Source: Octopus sinensis
Taxonomy: Eukaryota
DNA length: 64,000 nt
Assembly (NCBI RefSeq): GCF_006345805.1
Contig: NC_042999.1
Span: 102,548,001-102,612,000, forward strand
Direction of reading: 5' to 3'
Positions 12,371 through 26,006 of this stretch are shown piece after piece. How positions within the stretch are numbered: position 1 is the first letter of the stretch; each line of letters opens with the position of its first letter. The translations under genes were made by a program, and so were the position numbers. The notes beneath the pieces are model-generated. The model was not told the origin of the DNA. It saw nothing but the letters and a program-made list of their open reading frames with translations, and did not search any database.

Positions 12371-13030
12371 CCCACTCCATGACCAGTCATATTTTCATTT
12401 CATGGAAGGGTGGAAACAATCGACACTGCTTGTATGACAGTAACACTCATTTACAACACTTGCATGATATCAAGACAAGAAAATGCAAACACACACATAC
12501 AAGTTCACTCCTACACTCATGCACACACAACTACACACACAACTACACACACATCAACACACAGATCTAGTCAATAGATTTCTTTTAGTTTCCATCAACC
12601 AAATCCAATTACAAGGCTTTGGTTGTCCTGGGCTATAGTACAATACATCCCTCCAAGGTTCCACGCAGTGGGACTGAACCTGGTAAGACATCAGAAATGA
12701 ACTTCTTCACCACACAACCATGTCTGCACTTATACACACATACATACCTGTAATTATTGGGGCCCTGGGATATGTAAACACACTGCCTAATTACCAACCA
12801 TGAGAAATTAAGCTTCTCAGAACCAGAAAGGAGAAAGCTAATTCAAAAACTATAGATCCTATACATCACTGGAGCTGTAAAAATCTGCAAAACTTTCCAG
12901 AAGCTTATCATTTAAATATATATGAGCATGTCTAGATATGTAACTATATGCATCAGAGTACATACATAAAATATACACATCTGCATACATGCATGCATGC
13001 ATACATACATACATACATACATACATACAT

Positions 13031-13085
<55 letters not shown>

Positions 13086-13560
13086 TACCCTGTTGTTGAT
13101 GCTGAAATTCCAATGAAGGAACCTTGGATCTAGATTAGAAACTGGTTCTTTATTGGCAAGAAATCTTGAAATAAACTGAATAATGACATACATACATACA
13201 TGCATGCATGCATGCATACATGCATGCATGCATACATACATACATACATACATGTGTGTGTATGTATGCATGTGTGTGTGTTATACATGGGGCTTTGTAC
13301 AGTTTCTGTACCAATTTGATTCATAAGTTATTGGTTGGCCTGTGGCTATAGGAGAAAATACTTGCCTAAAGTGTCACTGAATGGAACTGAACTGAAAACC
13401 ATGTACTTTCAAAACTTAACTTCTGAACCACACAGCCATGCTTGGAGCTTTGAAAGGACAAGGCTGTTAATAATTCTGTAATTTATGTGTGTGCGTATGT
13501 GTGTGTGTTTTATGGGCTTTAAAAAAAAATTTATGTTTTCTCTTCCTTTTGATATTTTAG

Positions 13561-14144
13561 GTAAGACATCAACAAAACCTGCTGTGGCTGCAAATCAAGA
13601 GGGAGATGAGGCTAAACTGAATCCCGATTCAGATACCAACAAAAATGAAACATCCCAATTGGATGATTCAAAAGTCCATCCACTGAATGTTTTTAAACGA
13701 CGATGGATTGTATTAACTCTCTTCTGCTTTTTTTCAATGAGCAATGCTTACCAATGGATTCACTTAAATATCGTTGCTAATATCATAGAGACATACTATA
13801 ATGCCAGTTTACCAACAGATGAATATCAGAGAGAATTGGCGGTGGACTGGCTTTCTATGGTTTATATGCTTGCATATATTCCATTAATTTTTCCAGCGTC
13901 ATGGCTTCTGGATCGAAAGGGTCTTCGAGTGATAATCATCTGTGGAACACTGCTGAACTGTGTAGGAGCATGGTTGAAGTGTATAAGTGCATCACCAGAT
14001 CGCTTCTGGTTGTTGATGATTGCACAGACAATTTGTGGCATTGCTCAAATTTTTGTTCTTGAAGTGCCACCTCGGTTGGCTGCTGTTTGGTTTGGGCCAA
14101 ATGAAGTGTCAACGGCAACATCTATAGGAGTATTTGGCAACCAG
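13561..14144 (+). CDS. FLVCR1/2: FLVCR1/FLVCR2-like MFS transporter, first visible coding exon (N-terminal tail and first TM helices)
   Basis: Translates to ...VHPLNVFKRRWIVLTLFCFFSMSNAYQWIHLNIV...VDWLSMVYMLAYIPLIFPASWLLDRKGLR...FWLLMIAQTICGIAQIFVLEVPPRLAAVWFGPNEVSTATSIGVFGNQ, typical of the FLVCR/SLC49 family. Acceptor ttttag|13561 (phase 1), donor CCAG|gtatgt after 14144 (phase 0). FLVCR1 versus FLVCR2 cannot be distinguished here. Confidence 0.95.
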
Positions 14145-16479
14145 GTATGTATGTTTCAAATGATTTCATTGAAAAAATTGGTTTTGTTAATTGATTGGTA
14201 ATTGATTTCATATACATTTAAGTATTTATTTTGCAAGATTCTTGATGTGAAATCATGTGTTGAAACAAATATTGTTATATTTTTGGATGGTCATTTTTTT
14301 TTTACCAAATATATATCTATTCATTTATATATTTATTTATTCTTTGTATATATTTATTCTATATATTTATTCTTCACTCTGAAGAACTAATATATAGTGC
14401 ATGTGTTTATTTGGCAAAGAAAAAAAAGATCATCCTGAAATAAAGTAATATGATTTCAAATAATTTTTGAAAGTAAACCACAGAATTGTAATACAGTTGG
14501 TAATCCTTTATTGGAAAGACTTGGAGCTGGAAGTATTTCGGATTTCAGATTTTAGAATGGTTTTACCTATAATATGTCATGTCACAGCTTGGGGATGAAA
14601 TCCAAGTCTAAATACATTATTTATTTTCATTTCATTATACAGTCTATGATGATGATGATAATCATCATCATCATTTAATGTCTGCTTTCCATCCTGGCAT
14701 GGGTTGGACAGTTTGACTGAAAACTGGTGAGTTTGGGGGAGGGGCTGTACCAGGTTCCAATCTGGTTTGGCATGGTTTCTACAGCTGGATGTCCTTTCTA
14801 ACACCAACCACTCCGAGAGTGTAGTGGGTTATTTTTAAGTGCCACTGGCACGTGTACCAATGACCTGACATTGGCATCAGCCATGACTATGGTCTCACTT
14901 AGTTTGACAGGTCTACACAAGCACAGTATATTGCCAAAGGTCTTGGTCACCTGTCACTGCCTCCATGAGGTTTGAATGGTGCTTTTTATGTGCCACCAAC
15001 ATGGGTACCAGTCAGATGGCACTAGTATCAGCTACAATTATGATTTCACTTGGTTTGACAAGTCTTCACAAGCACAACATATCACCCTGGCCATGACTAC
15101 AATCTCATTTGGCTTGATGGGTCTTCTCAAGCATATGTCCAAAAGGTCTTAGTTGCTTGTCATTGCCTCTGTGAGGCCCAACAGTCAAAGATCATGTTTC
15201 ACCACTTCATCCTATGTCTTCCTGGGACTACCTCTTCCACAGGTTCCCTGATGCATATGTTATGAAAAGTTATTTAATTACTAAAGCCCTGGAGCACTGG
15301 CCGTTGATGAATTTTCTCTACCATTCTTGACTCTAGGCTGTTTTTTCTGCATCTCTCCAGTTGGATCCCTACTTTTTCCTTTTCAGATGTCGCTGCACCA
15401 TGCCATATATTTCTCCAAAGGAAGCTTTCCTCTCCCAGATCCTGTTGATTTTGAATTGCCGTTAGTGCTTCTGTAACTTTGCGTTTTTCTAGGTAAGGGT
15501 GTTAGCTCTACTTAAAACCATTTTTACCACAGGGATGAGGTGGTCCATATTAGTCTGACCTCTACCTTTTGATCTGTCAGCCATGAGAAGCCCTCTCATG
15601 GGCTTGTGCTCTGCAGGCAGGCATAGCACACAGGGTCAATAAGGCATACAAGCCACCACATCAAATCACCCTGTGGTGGTTATCATGAAAAGTTTTACAT
15701 AAATTTTGTACTTGTCCAGTTTTCAACATGTAAGTTTCATTTTGGGAGCATCACTTTTCAGTTAAACAAATTGGTTATTATACTTTCACTTTATTGCAGG
15801 GGTTCTCAACCATTTGTTTTTATCTATGGGCCCCTTTGATTACTATTTTATTCTGGTGGGCCCCTCCATAGCATAGCCATTCCATGTTTAAAAACTAGTC
15901 TTTTGAAACTTCTATCAAAATTCCTATTTTGTTTTTCACACATTAACTTCTGTAGGTTGAACTATGTCAAATGTTGGAGAAAGAAGCCTAGTTGTTTCTG
16001 GCAGTATGAAGAGGTGCTAAAAAGCTCCTGGCTTTAAAGGGCATTGTGAAAGGCCTGGTTAGAGGCTCAACCTTCCAAGTTCTTTTACAGGGTTTAGAAA
16101 AACTGAAGAACTGCTGCAATAAATGTGTGAATCTGAGAGGGGAATATGTTGAATAAAATAATAATTAACTGATCCTCCTGTATTTTCTTTTATCCCCTTG
16201 TGCATACCTATACATACATCTAAAGCAAAATATTTTCAGAGTCCCTTAAAATACTCTTATGGATCTCCAATTTAGTATTTTGTTGCGTGGTCCCCCAAAA
16301 ATCTTATACTGGCCTTCAGGGCCATCCCAATACTTATTTTAAATCTGGTATTTATTCTATTGGTCTCTTTACCCAAACTTAGTCTTGAGGATGTAAACAA
16401 ACTGACACCAATTTTCTAGTGCAGGGTTGTGTGTAAAAAAAAACAAACAAACTCAAAGACTCTCTCACACACACAGAGT

Positions 16480-16625
16480 TTACATCTGTCAAATTCACTC
16501 ACAAGGCATTGGTTGATCTGGCACTATAGTAGAAGACACTTGCCTAAGGTGCCATGCAGTGGGACTGAATCCAAAACCATGTAGTTGCAAAGCAAATGCT
16601 TGACCACACAACCATGTCTGCACCT
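16480..16625 (-). mobile_element. Second tRNA-derived SINE family (copies at ~12585-12730, 13280-13445, 22340-22470, 25895-26000, 42290-42430, 47640-47800, 55530-55690, 59110-59265)
   Basis: Consensus ggtgcagacatggttgtgtggt...acatggttttggattcagtcccactgcatggcaccttaggcaagtgtcttctactatag...aaagccttgtgagtggatttggtagac. Confidence 0.8.
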
Positions 16626-17216
16626 AATTTTTTTTAAAGAGTTTCTGAGAACTGTCAGGAAAGTTCTATTTGTGGTGTTCTTCTCACTTGAAAAATAATT
16701 CTCCATTTTGACAAGTTTTGGATTTTTGAGATTTAAGCTAAAAGATTGTCAGTTGAAATGATATGTTTTCATTAAGTTGCTTGTTTCCAGAAATAGTTTT
16801 AAATCCAGTATTCCTTCCTTCCTAGTGAACAGAATGCTAAAGTGCTTTAAAAGAAAATGAAAAAAGCAACAAACAAACCAAAAACTCTATTTGAATGCTA
16901 ATGACGTAGCTAAGTTACTGTTTTAATTCTTGTTTTATCAAGTGGAGGCAGAAGAAGCATCTGTGATTCTTGCAACTCCATGCTCCTCTTGCCAGATTAG
17001 TGATGCTGAATTGGCTAAATTTCTGTGGATGAGAAGGCACTTCCAAATGGCTGCAGTTCTGGGTAGGATTGGTTGGGAAAAGTGTTTAGTACAGGGTATC
17101 GAGAAGACACAGTATTAGTGATTTGTGTAAAAGAGGTGGATTCTCTAAGTAAGCTTGATGAAAGAAGTGCATCATGTAGATAACTTGTTAGTTCAGAGGA
17201 ACAGAAACCATTAGAG

Positions 17217-17971
17217 CTGTGGTTCTCAACTGGAAGTCCATATGGCCTTTTGGGGGTCCATATAAATTTTTGCTGTTAAAGTTCAGGTATAATAAACTGC
17301 TGATTATTTATTATGGCCAGATTCCATCCTGAACTGCAGCAACAAAGTCCACCAGACACACTTCTTGGTTTGACATCACTGCCTCAAGGTCCTAGATACA
17401 TTCTAGACCAGTGTCTGCGATCATGTGGGTTCCACATGACTAATTTAAATACTTCCAATTCAGGGTGGCACATGCAGTGACCAGATAGTTGTAGATGTCT
17501 TTGCTTATAATTCTTCCATAAACAAAACATTAAAAATTTTTTTTACAATTCCTTATAATATTTAATTATAAAAATACAATAAGTTTTTTTTTATATATAT
17601 CTTTGCATATATCTTTATGTACCACCTGCACCTACTGTGCAGGTGGTACATAAAAAGCACCATTTGAGCGCGGCCATTGCCAGTACCACCTGACTGGCCC
17701 TCATGCCGGTGGTACGTAAAAGCACCCACTACACTCTCGGAGTGGTTGGCGTTAGGAAGGGCATCCAGCTGTAGAAACTCTGCCAGATCAGATTGGAGTC
17801 TGGTGCAGCCATCTGGTTTGCCAGACCTTAGTCAAATCGTCCAACCCATGCTAGCATGGAAAGTGGACGTTAAACGACGATGATGATGATGATCTTGAAT
17901 GGCTATGGGGGTCCAGTTGAGCAAGATAGGAATCAAAGGGGACTATTGGCAAAAATGGTTGAGAACCATTG
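17217..17971. mobile_element. hAT-type MITE carrying nested insertions
   Basis: Termini ctgtggttctcaac and gttgagaaccattg. Interrupted by an RTE 3'UTR copy (17625-17893) and an unrelated segment (~17295-17510). Confidence 0.6.
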
Positions 17972-19190
17972 TATCAGAGTTACTATGAAAGAAACAGTGA
18001 GAAAACAAAGTGCATCTAATGTGAGTTGTTCTTAAATTTGGTGGAATGTCAGCTATTGATTAGTTTTAGAGAAGAAAAAGCTTAAACTTTAGAAATGTAG
18101 TTTTAGCAATGTAATTGATTTGAAATTTATTACAAATTTTATACATGAGAACTAAAAAACTAAACACGTTCTGCTTACAAAAGAATTTGTCTCTATGATA
18201 AATAAATTTGATTGTTTGCTGCAAAGAAACATCTGCAACAATAGTTTCCAAGGAGTCTGCACCCTAGTGTGTGTGTGTGTGTGTATGTGTGTGTGTGCAT
18301 GTGTCTATACATACATGTATGTATATATGAATGCATGTGTGTATGTATGTGTGCTTATATTGTGCATGTGTTTGTGTATGTGTGTGTGTGTGCATGTATG
18401 TATACATACATTTATGTATATATGAATGCATGTGTGTATGTATGTGTGCATGTGTTGTGCATGCGTGTTTATGTGTGTGCATGCATTTATAGGATGTGAT
18501 GTGTGTGTGAGAAAGAGATAGATAGAAAAGATAGATAGTGAGAGGAGTGCAAAAAAAAGCATGTGTGAGAGAGAACACATGCAAAATAAACTTGTATAGA
18601 TGTATTTTTATACAAACGATAAATCTGACAGATTTTTTTTTTTAGTGTTTCAAATCTGTCAGATGATTGCATAATTAATGTGATTTTTCTCTGTTTATAC
18701 TATTGATAATGTGATAATCAATCTGTTTATGTCTTTGATAATGTCATTTTCAACCTGTTTATATCACTGAGATTATTATTTTCAATCCATTTCAGCCATT
18801 AGTTATCATTTTTCCTGATGGCAAAAGTTTAAATGTGTCCGTATATTTTGAAATTAATATTTATTGCAGAGATCAATGATGATTTTTTTTTTCTTTCTGT
18901 TATGTTTTCATTAATTTATGGATATCAACACCTGTGTTAATTCACTCTTTTGCTTTGTATCTTATATTAACATATCTCATATAATGCTTATGAATGCTTT
19001 GTGAGTTTAAAAGTTGTTTTGGAAAGAAATAGTGATAATGGGGGTTTTGTAAAATATTGGTTTCAAATTTTGGCATAAGGCCAGCAATTTCAACTGGTAC
19101 TTATTTTATCAACCCCTAAAAGAGTAAAAGACAAAGTGGATCTCAGTGGAATTTGAACTCAAAATGTACAAACAGGCAAAATGCCATTAA

Positions 19191-19409
19191 CCCTTTTGTT
19201 ACTAATCTGGCTAAAACCGGCTCTGGCTCTGTGGTAAAATGTCTTGTTTTCATAAGTTTTGAATTAAAATCTTCCACCAAGCCTTAGTCACAATTTATGT
19301 TCCTAACACTAGCTGAATGATAACTAAGTTATTTTACTAAATTCTTTGTTATATTTTAAATATTTGAAAAAACACAGAGCATCTCAAAATAAATACAGTA
19401 ACAAAAGGG
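19191..19409. mobile_element. piggyBac-type MITE
   Basis: TTAA|CCCTTTTGTTAC...GTAACAAAAGGG|TTAA, with the TTAA TSD at 19187-19190 and 19410-19413. Inserted in a SINE. Confidence 0.9.
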
Positions 19410-19782
19410 TTAAAGCATTTTGCCAGGTGTGCTAATGATTCTGGCAGTTTGCCACCATGGGGTTTAGCAAAATACAAAAAAATTACTTCATATTCATTTT
19501 TTATTAGATGCTGGGTTGTTTTTCCTAATGACCTACTGTTATCTGACCTTCATGAAAGTAGTTGGAGTTGTTGTTTAGCGCCAATTCAGTCCATCAGACT
19601 GACAAAATATGATTTTTCTGGCATAGTATATGGCATAAACAAATAGTTCAAACATTGAAACTTCATTACCATCTTTCCAAATCCTGTTGCTTTTCATTTT
19701 GAAATTTTAATCCTTTACAGTTGTCTTGGTGTATAAGTAAACCTACTCTTTTGGCTGCAAATTCATCATCATCATCATTTAA

Positions 19783-20003
19783 CCCTTATGTTACCAACCC
19801 GGCTGAAACCAGCTCTGACTCTATAGTACAAATGTCTTGTTCCATAAGTTTTGAATTGAAGTTTTCCACCAAACCTTAGTCACAATTTATGTTCCTAACA
19901 CTAGCTTTATGATAACTAAGTTATTTTACTAAATTCTTTGTTATATTTAAAATCAATTGAAAGAAACACAGAGCATCTCAAAATAAATACAGTAACAAAA
20001 GTG
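19783..20003. mobile_element. piggyBac-type MITE, second copy of the same family
   Basis: TTAA|CCCTTATGTTAC...GTAACAAAAGTG|TTAA. Inserted at the TTAA next to the (CAT)n tail of an RTE 3'UTR. Confidence 0.85.
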
Positions 20004-20759
20004 TTAATGTCCTTCTTCCATGTTGGCATGGTTTGTTTGACAGGAGCTGGCCAGGCAGAAGACTACACCATACTTTTACGGCTGGATGCCCTTTCAAATG
20101 CCAACCACTTTACAGTGTGGGCTGGATGTTTTTTAAGTGACACCAACACTAGCAGAGTCACGAAGTAACTTTGCAAGACCTGGTCTGATAAAAGTAACTT
20201 GTATGCTGGAAAATACAGTATTCTCAAAAATGCTTCAGTCCAGAACATCTGATTTTTATTATTTTTTCTTTCCCATATAATATTCCTAGGACTCTATTTA
20301 TCAATATTTTCTTAATTTCTGTAAATATGATATGGTGTAATTTGTAGGAAATTTGGCTGCCATTTCTAGCAAGTCGACTGACTTCCTAGAACCTTTCTTT
20401 GTTGACATGTCAAGAGAATAAATATCTTCCCTTAGGGAGAATAGCATTAAAGAATTAGCCTATTTATTTGTGAATGTATTTCTAACAATAATACTCCACA
20501 TGATTTTAGTAAATTTTAAATAATAAAATAACTGTTATTATATCTAATCTGTTGGTATATTAAACACTGTCACTTTAAACTCAGCTTGAAAGGTTTAGTC
20601 GAAGAAATTGACCCCAATGCTTATTATTTATATAGTCTTATACTTGTTACATGAGTCTTTTTTGTCAGACTGCTAAGTTACAGGGATGTCAACAAATCAA
20701 CATCAGTTGTCCTTGGCATGAGGCCAAACACAAAAACATGCTGTATATATATATATTAT

Positions 20760-20791
<32 letters not shown>

Positions 20792-22794
20792 ATATATATA
20801 TTATATATATATATATATATACACGACAGGCTTCTTTCAATTTCTGTCTACCAAATCCACTCACAAGGCTTGTTTAATTTTTTATTGTTAACACCGAACT
20901 ACAAGCGTTCAATGGTTAGAGGTCAGAGACCGGTTGGTATCAAGGATTAAGTCATCCTCTATTAATCATTTATTAACTTAAGGTGAGTAGGTTATCTACT
21001 ATATATGAAAGCAGAGTATTGCATGCATTATGGGTGAATAGCCTGAGAGGTGCCAGTCTTTTAAAATTGTTTTGGAACCAATCAAAGAATTTGGTAGATG
21101 GAAACTGTATGGAAACCCTTTGGACGTGTGTGTATCAACACTATATATACAGGCAGTGCATTGAAAAGATACGCTACATTATTTAGTTCCCTGGGAGTTA
21201 TGTTCCTTTCTTTTGGTCAATTTGCCTTTCATTCTTGGTGCTGGAGTCAATATAATCATAAAGTTGGTTATAGTGCTCCAGCATGGCTGCAGTTCAATGA
21301 TTAAGACTGCAAAGAGAAACTTTAAAAAAATAACAAATGAATAAAAAGCATAACTAGTTTTTCTGTCAACAATTAGACTATCTGATCTACATTTGGTTAA
21401 CTAAAAAGAAATTGCATTCTACCATCACAATATATCTCATTAGTTAATTAAAGCTATTTTTGAAAAATGAACTGAAGAAAATTCTGGTGAAATATTTGCA
21501 TTCTTCATATTTTCCTGATCTTCCCTCTTCATATCGTGTTTCAAGAATCAGAAAAATGACTAAAACCAATGCAAAAGCCAATCTTTTAAAAATCACCTGA
21601 ATTTTTATCTCACAGGATATTAAAAATATTCTCTGTTCTTGTTGGTCTGTCAAAAGATTTCTAATACAATATCAAGTCCACATAGTTTTAGAAAAAGGAG
21701 AGACAATCGGCTGATTATATTGATGCAAATACTTGGCTGGTTTTGACTTATTTTATTATCTAACACGAAAGAATTGAATGCAAAGTCAAATCTCAGCAGG
21801 ATTAGAATTGAGTGAGAATATTGAGAATGCAATGTGACATGACTGAATACTGCAAGATATTTTGTCTAATGTTCTACTGATTCTGTGAATCCAATAAAAA
21901 TAGAAGACAATATTAGATTTTAAAATGTCAATCCTGCATTTTTGATTTTCTGCTATTTTTGAAGAGGAGTTAGACTGAAGTGATTTAAAGCATTTTGTTA
22001 AGAACATTGGCCATAAAATGATCTGATCAATTGGATTGATCTTTCAAAGGAAATTGAATGATCAATGCAAAGAATGGTTCTTTTATCTTTTATTTGTTTC
22101 AGTCATTGGACTGTGGCCATGCTGGGGCACTGCATTGAAGGGTTTAGTCAAACAGTTCAATCCAGTACTTTTTTTTTTATAAACCTGGTATTTATTCCTT
22201 TGGTCCCTTTTTGCTGAGCTGCTAAGTTATGGGTATGTAAAGGAAAACAACACTACTAGTCAAGTGGTGGTAAGACATGCATGCAACCCCCCCCCCCACA
22301 CACGCACCCATGTGTGCATACACACATATATTACATAATGATTTTCTTTTATTTTCCACCTACCAAATCTATTCCCAAGGCTTTGGTTGGCTCAAGGCTA
22401 AAGCAGAAGACACTTAGCCAAGGTGCCAAGCAGTGGGACTGACCATGAAATCATGTGTTTCAGAATCAAAATTATTATCACACATCTGAAAAATTTTATT
22501 AACATCTCAATTAGGAAAACAATAACATTGTTTGGTTATGCTTTGAATGGGTATATCGTTGTTTCACTACATGAAGGACAAGGAAGTGCATGTAAGCCAA
22601 TGCAGAACAAATATATCAAAGGACTTTGTTCATATAGCTGGAGATTTTTGATTTTTGTGATGATATGGATATTTTCCACCTATAAACATTGCTGAAAGTT
22701 GTACATGTATCTTCTTCCAATCTGCCTGCCTTTCTATCTGTCTATTTATCTGTCTGTGTCTGTCTACACACACACACACACACACACACGTATA

Positions 22795-25030
22795 TTAGTC
22801 ATTTAATGCTTGCTTTCCATGCTGGCATGGGTTGGATGGTTTGACTGAGGGCTGGCAAGCCAGATGGCTGCATCAGGCTCCAATCCAATCTGGCAAAGTT
22901 TCTACAGCTGGATGCCCTTCCTAACGCCAATCACTCCAAGAGTGAAGTGAGTGCTTTTTATGTGCCACTGGCATGAGTGCCAGTCAGGTGGAACTGGCAT
23001 TGACCACACATTAATGGTGCTTTTTACGTGCCATTGGCACAGGACCAGTCAGCCAGCACTGGTATCGACCACACTCAGATGGTGCATTTTATGTGCCATT
23101 GGCATGGGAGCCAGTCAGGTGGCACTGGCAACGATCATGCTTGAATGGTGCTTTTTACATGCCACTGGCACAGGACCAGTTAGGTGACACTGGCATCGAC
23201 CACGCTTGAATGGTGCTTGGCCACAACACTAACTTCACTTGCTCAACAGGTCTTTGCAAGCGCAGATTTTGTCCAATGATTGTGGCCCAACGTTCAAAGG
23301 TCGAGCTTCTCCATTTTATCCAAGGTCTTCCTGGGTCTACCTCTTCCATAAGTTTCCTCTACTGCTAGGGTGTGACACTTTTTCACACAGCTGTCCTCAT
23401 CCATATGCAACTCATGACTATACCAGCGCAGTCATGTACCATATGTGATGCTTCTAATGTCCAACTTTTCTCTTAGGCCGCTTACATTCTGTCGTGTGTG
23501 ATCACTGACATTATACATCCAGCAGAGCATATTAGCTTCATTCCTTGCAAACTTACGCATGTCCTCAGCAGTTACAGTGCATGTTTTACTGCCATGTAGC
23601 ATGGCTGTTCGCACACATGCATCATACAGTCTACCTTTTACTCTGAGTAAGAGGCCCTTTCTCACCAGCAGAGGTAGGAGCTCTCTGAACTTTGCCCACG
23701 CTATTTTTATTGTAGCAGCTACACTCTCAGAGCATCCACCCCCGCTACTGACTAGGTCACCTAGGTGATGGAAGCTATCAACTACTTGTAGTTTTTTCCC
23801 CCTGGAATGTGACGGAAGCTGTTTTCTGCACATTTTCAGTGTTTATAGCCCCTGAGCATTTGCCATGCACAAAAACTATTTTCCCAATTAGCCTTCCTTT
23901 TGATATTGCTGCACCTCTTATGTGTCCTTAGCTTACACTGGGTACATCCTATGGAGTTTCTTTGGTCCCCACGACGCAGAATATTGGCAAAGTTTTTTCT
24001 TATCTGCTTCCACTCTGGCTAAGTAAACCTATATCCTAGCTTCCCTTCTGGCAAGCTGATACAATTCCCTGCTACCACTGTTCTTCCAGTCCTTCCATGC
24101 CTGTTTCTTTTCCCTAATGGCCCTGTCAACTACATTGTTCCACCACCACACTACCTTGGGTCGAAAGGAGACTTTACACCATCCACTGATCTGGTCAATA
24201 GCCCTCAACAGGTTGTCCCATAGAAACCTCCAGTTGTCTTCCACATCATGTGATGTTATATCCCCCTCTATTTCATCAAAAGCTTCAAGTAATATGTCTC
24301 TAAATCTCTGCCCATTCGCAGGATCCTTAAGCTTCCAGACCCTTCTTCTCCATGCTCTTCTTCTTCTGTACTAATCTATGTTGTGGGGTGCATTCTTCAC
24401 CTGGGAAGGTTTTGGCATTTATAAGTAGCCATCTTCCCCATTTTCTAGCGAGGATGTAATTAATTTGACTTGTGTGTCTACCAGATCGGTAGGTGAATAG
24501 GTGACTGGCAGGTTTCCTGAAGTCAATATTACAAACCACAAGATCATTTGCATTGCAGAACTCCAGCAGCCTGGTTCCTTCTTTATTGTGGGAACCAAAA
24601 CCATTGCCTCCATGTATGCCATGGACGCTCCCTGCATATTGTCCAACATGCCCATTAAAGTCGCCAGCCACAAAGGGAAGGTCCCTGTCATTCATTGACG
24701 AGGTAGTCTGCAAGAGGGTGTCATAAAATCAGCCTTTCTGTTCATCAGGTAGCCCTGGCTGAGGGGCATAGGCCGAGATAATGGTTGCTAACACATGTTG
24801 AAGCACTAATCTTATCTTAAGTATTCTATCACAGACTCTGACTACCTCGATTGCCTTATCAACCTATTTCTCTGCAAGAAGTATACCCATGCCCTCAATC
24901 CCATCAGTGTTCCCTGCCCAGAAAATCTTATATCTATGTTCATTGCCTGTGAAGAACCTAGCAGAACTTACTCTCCACCTTGCTTCTTGGATGCAGCACA
25001 AATCTACACGTCTCCATTCAAACATCATAC
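22795..25030 (-). mobile_element. Internally deleted RTE LINE: AP endonuclease, linker, post-RT C-terminus and 3'UTR; RT core absent
   Basis: ORFs 24864..25082 (VDLCCIQEARW), 24327..24713 (VAGDFNGHVG...NKEGTRLLEFCNANDLVVCN...QINYIL), 24029..24244 (WWWNNVVDRAIREKK) and 23432..23833 (VVDSFHHLGDLVSSGGGCSESV...KGRLYDACVRTAMLHGS). Only ~200 bp separates the linker from the post-RT region. Confidence 0.85.
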
Positions 25031-25047
25031 ACACACGCACGTGCGCG

Positions 25048-25084
<37 letters not shown>

Positions 25085-26006
25085 ATATATATACATGCTG
25101 TGTGTTAAATAAAAGTAAGTACAGGGGTTCAATTCGTTTGACTAAAATTCTTCAAGGTAGTATCCCAGTATGGCCTGGCCACAGTCTAATGACTGAAACA
25201 AATTAAAGATAACAGATAAAGTGTACACACACACACATGCACGCACTCACACACACAATATAAAACAAAAAGAAATCATTTTTTTGTCATGCAAAACTTT
25301 TGAAAAAAATCTATCAATATTTCCAAGACTGAGATATCATAGCTCTCTCTGTAACTTGCAAATCCTCTTCAAGATAATGGCTTGTCAAAGTTAATCTTAT
25401 TCTAGATTTAATGACTTTCCTTTTAAGATAGGAATTTCTGCTAAATGTAGCAGCATGTTTTCTAGTGAAAGATATTGTTTTAGTGATAGAATTTTTCAGG
25501 AATAAAACTTCAATAAAAATTCATCTATAAGATGAATTTTTATTCATGTTACAGAAGTTCATTAATTTAATGTTAGATTGTTTCCATTTGCAGTTCGTTT
25601 CATGTCATTTTTTTCCCCTGCCCACAAATGAATATTAAATGGATTCTTGAGAAAAGGTTAAAATCCTCTTCTTTAGCTTTGAAGTATTAAAATCTGCAGT
25701 TGGCTTCTTTTATTTTTTGAATCATTTAACCCAACAGCAAAAGTAATGCATTCATGTTTCTTGTGATTGGTTAATGTGAGGAATAAAACATATTACCAGT
25801 CATGAGTTGATTCTCCCTGACCTGAAGTTTGATTCAATATACAATACAGGAATTAATTGAATTAATTGCTGTTATCTTTGCTATTATAAATGAAGGTGGC
25901 TGTGGGGTAAGAAGCTTGCTTCTCAATCACATGGTTCTGGGCTCAGTCCTGCTGTGTGGCACCTTGGGCTGACCAAAGCCTTGTGAGTGGATTTGGTAGA
26001 CAGAAA

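Noticed and set aside
12683-12693. 11-bp match (gtaagacatca) to the start of the 13561 exon
   Set aside because: Too short, lies inside a SINE, and has no flanking similarity; treated as chance.
13485-13560. N-terminus MCVRMCVCFMGFKKKFMFSLPFDIL of the 238-aa ORF as the FLVCR start
   Set aside because: It derives from a (TG)n tract and the polypyrimidine tract of the acceptor at 13560. The C-terminal VCMFQMISLKK... is likewise intron read-through.
22950-23225. Repeat-spacer-like units as a CRISPR array
   Set aside because: Eukaryotic context, degenerate repeats, spacers similar to one another, part of a LINE 3'UTR, and no cas genes.
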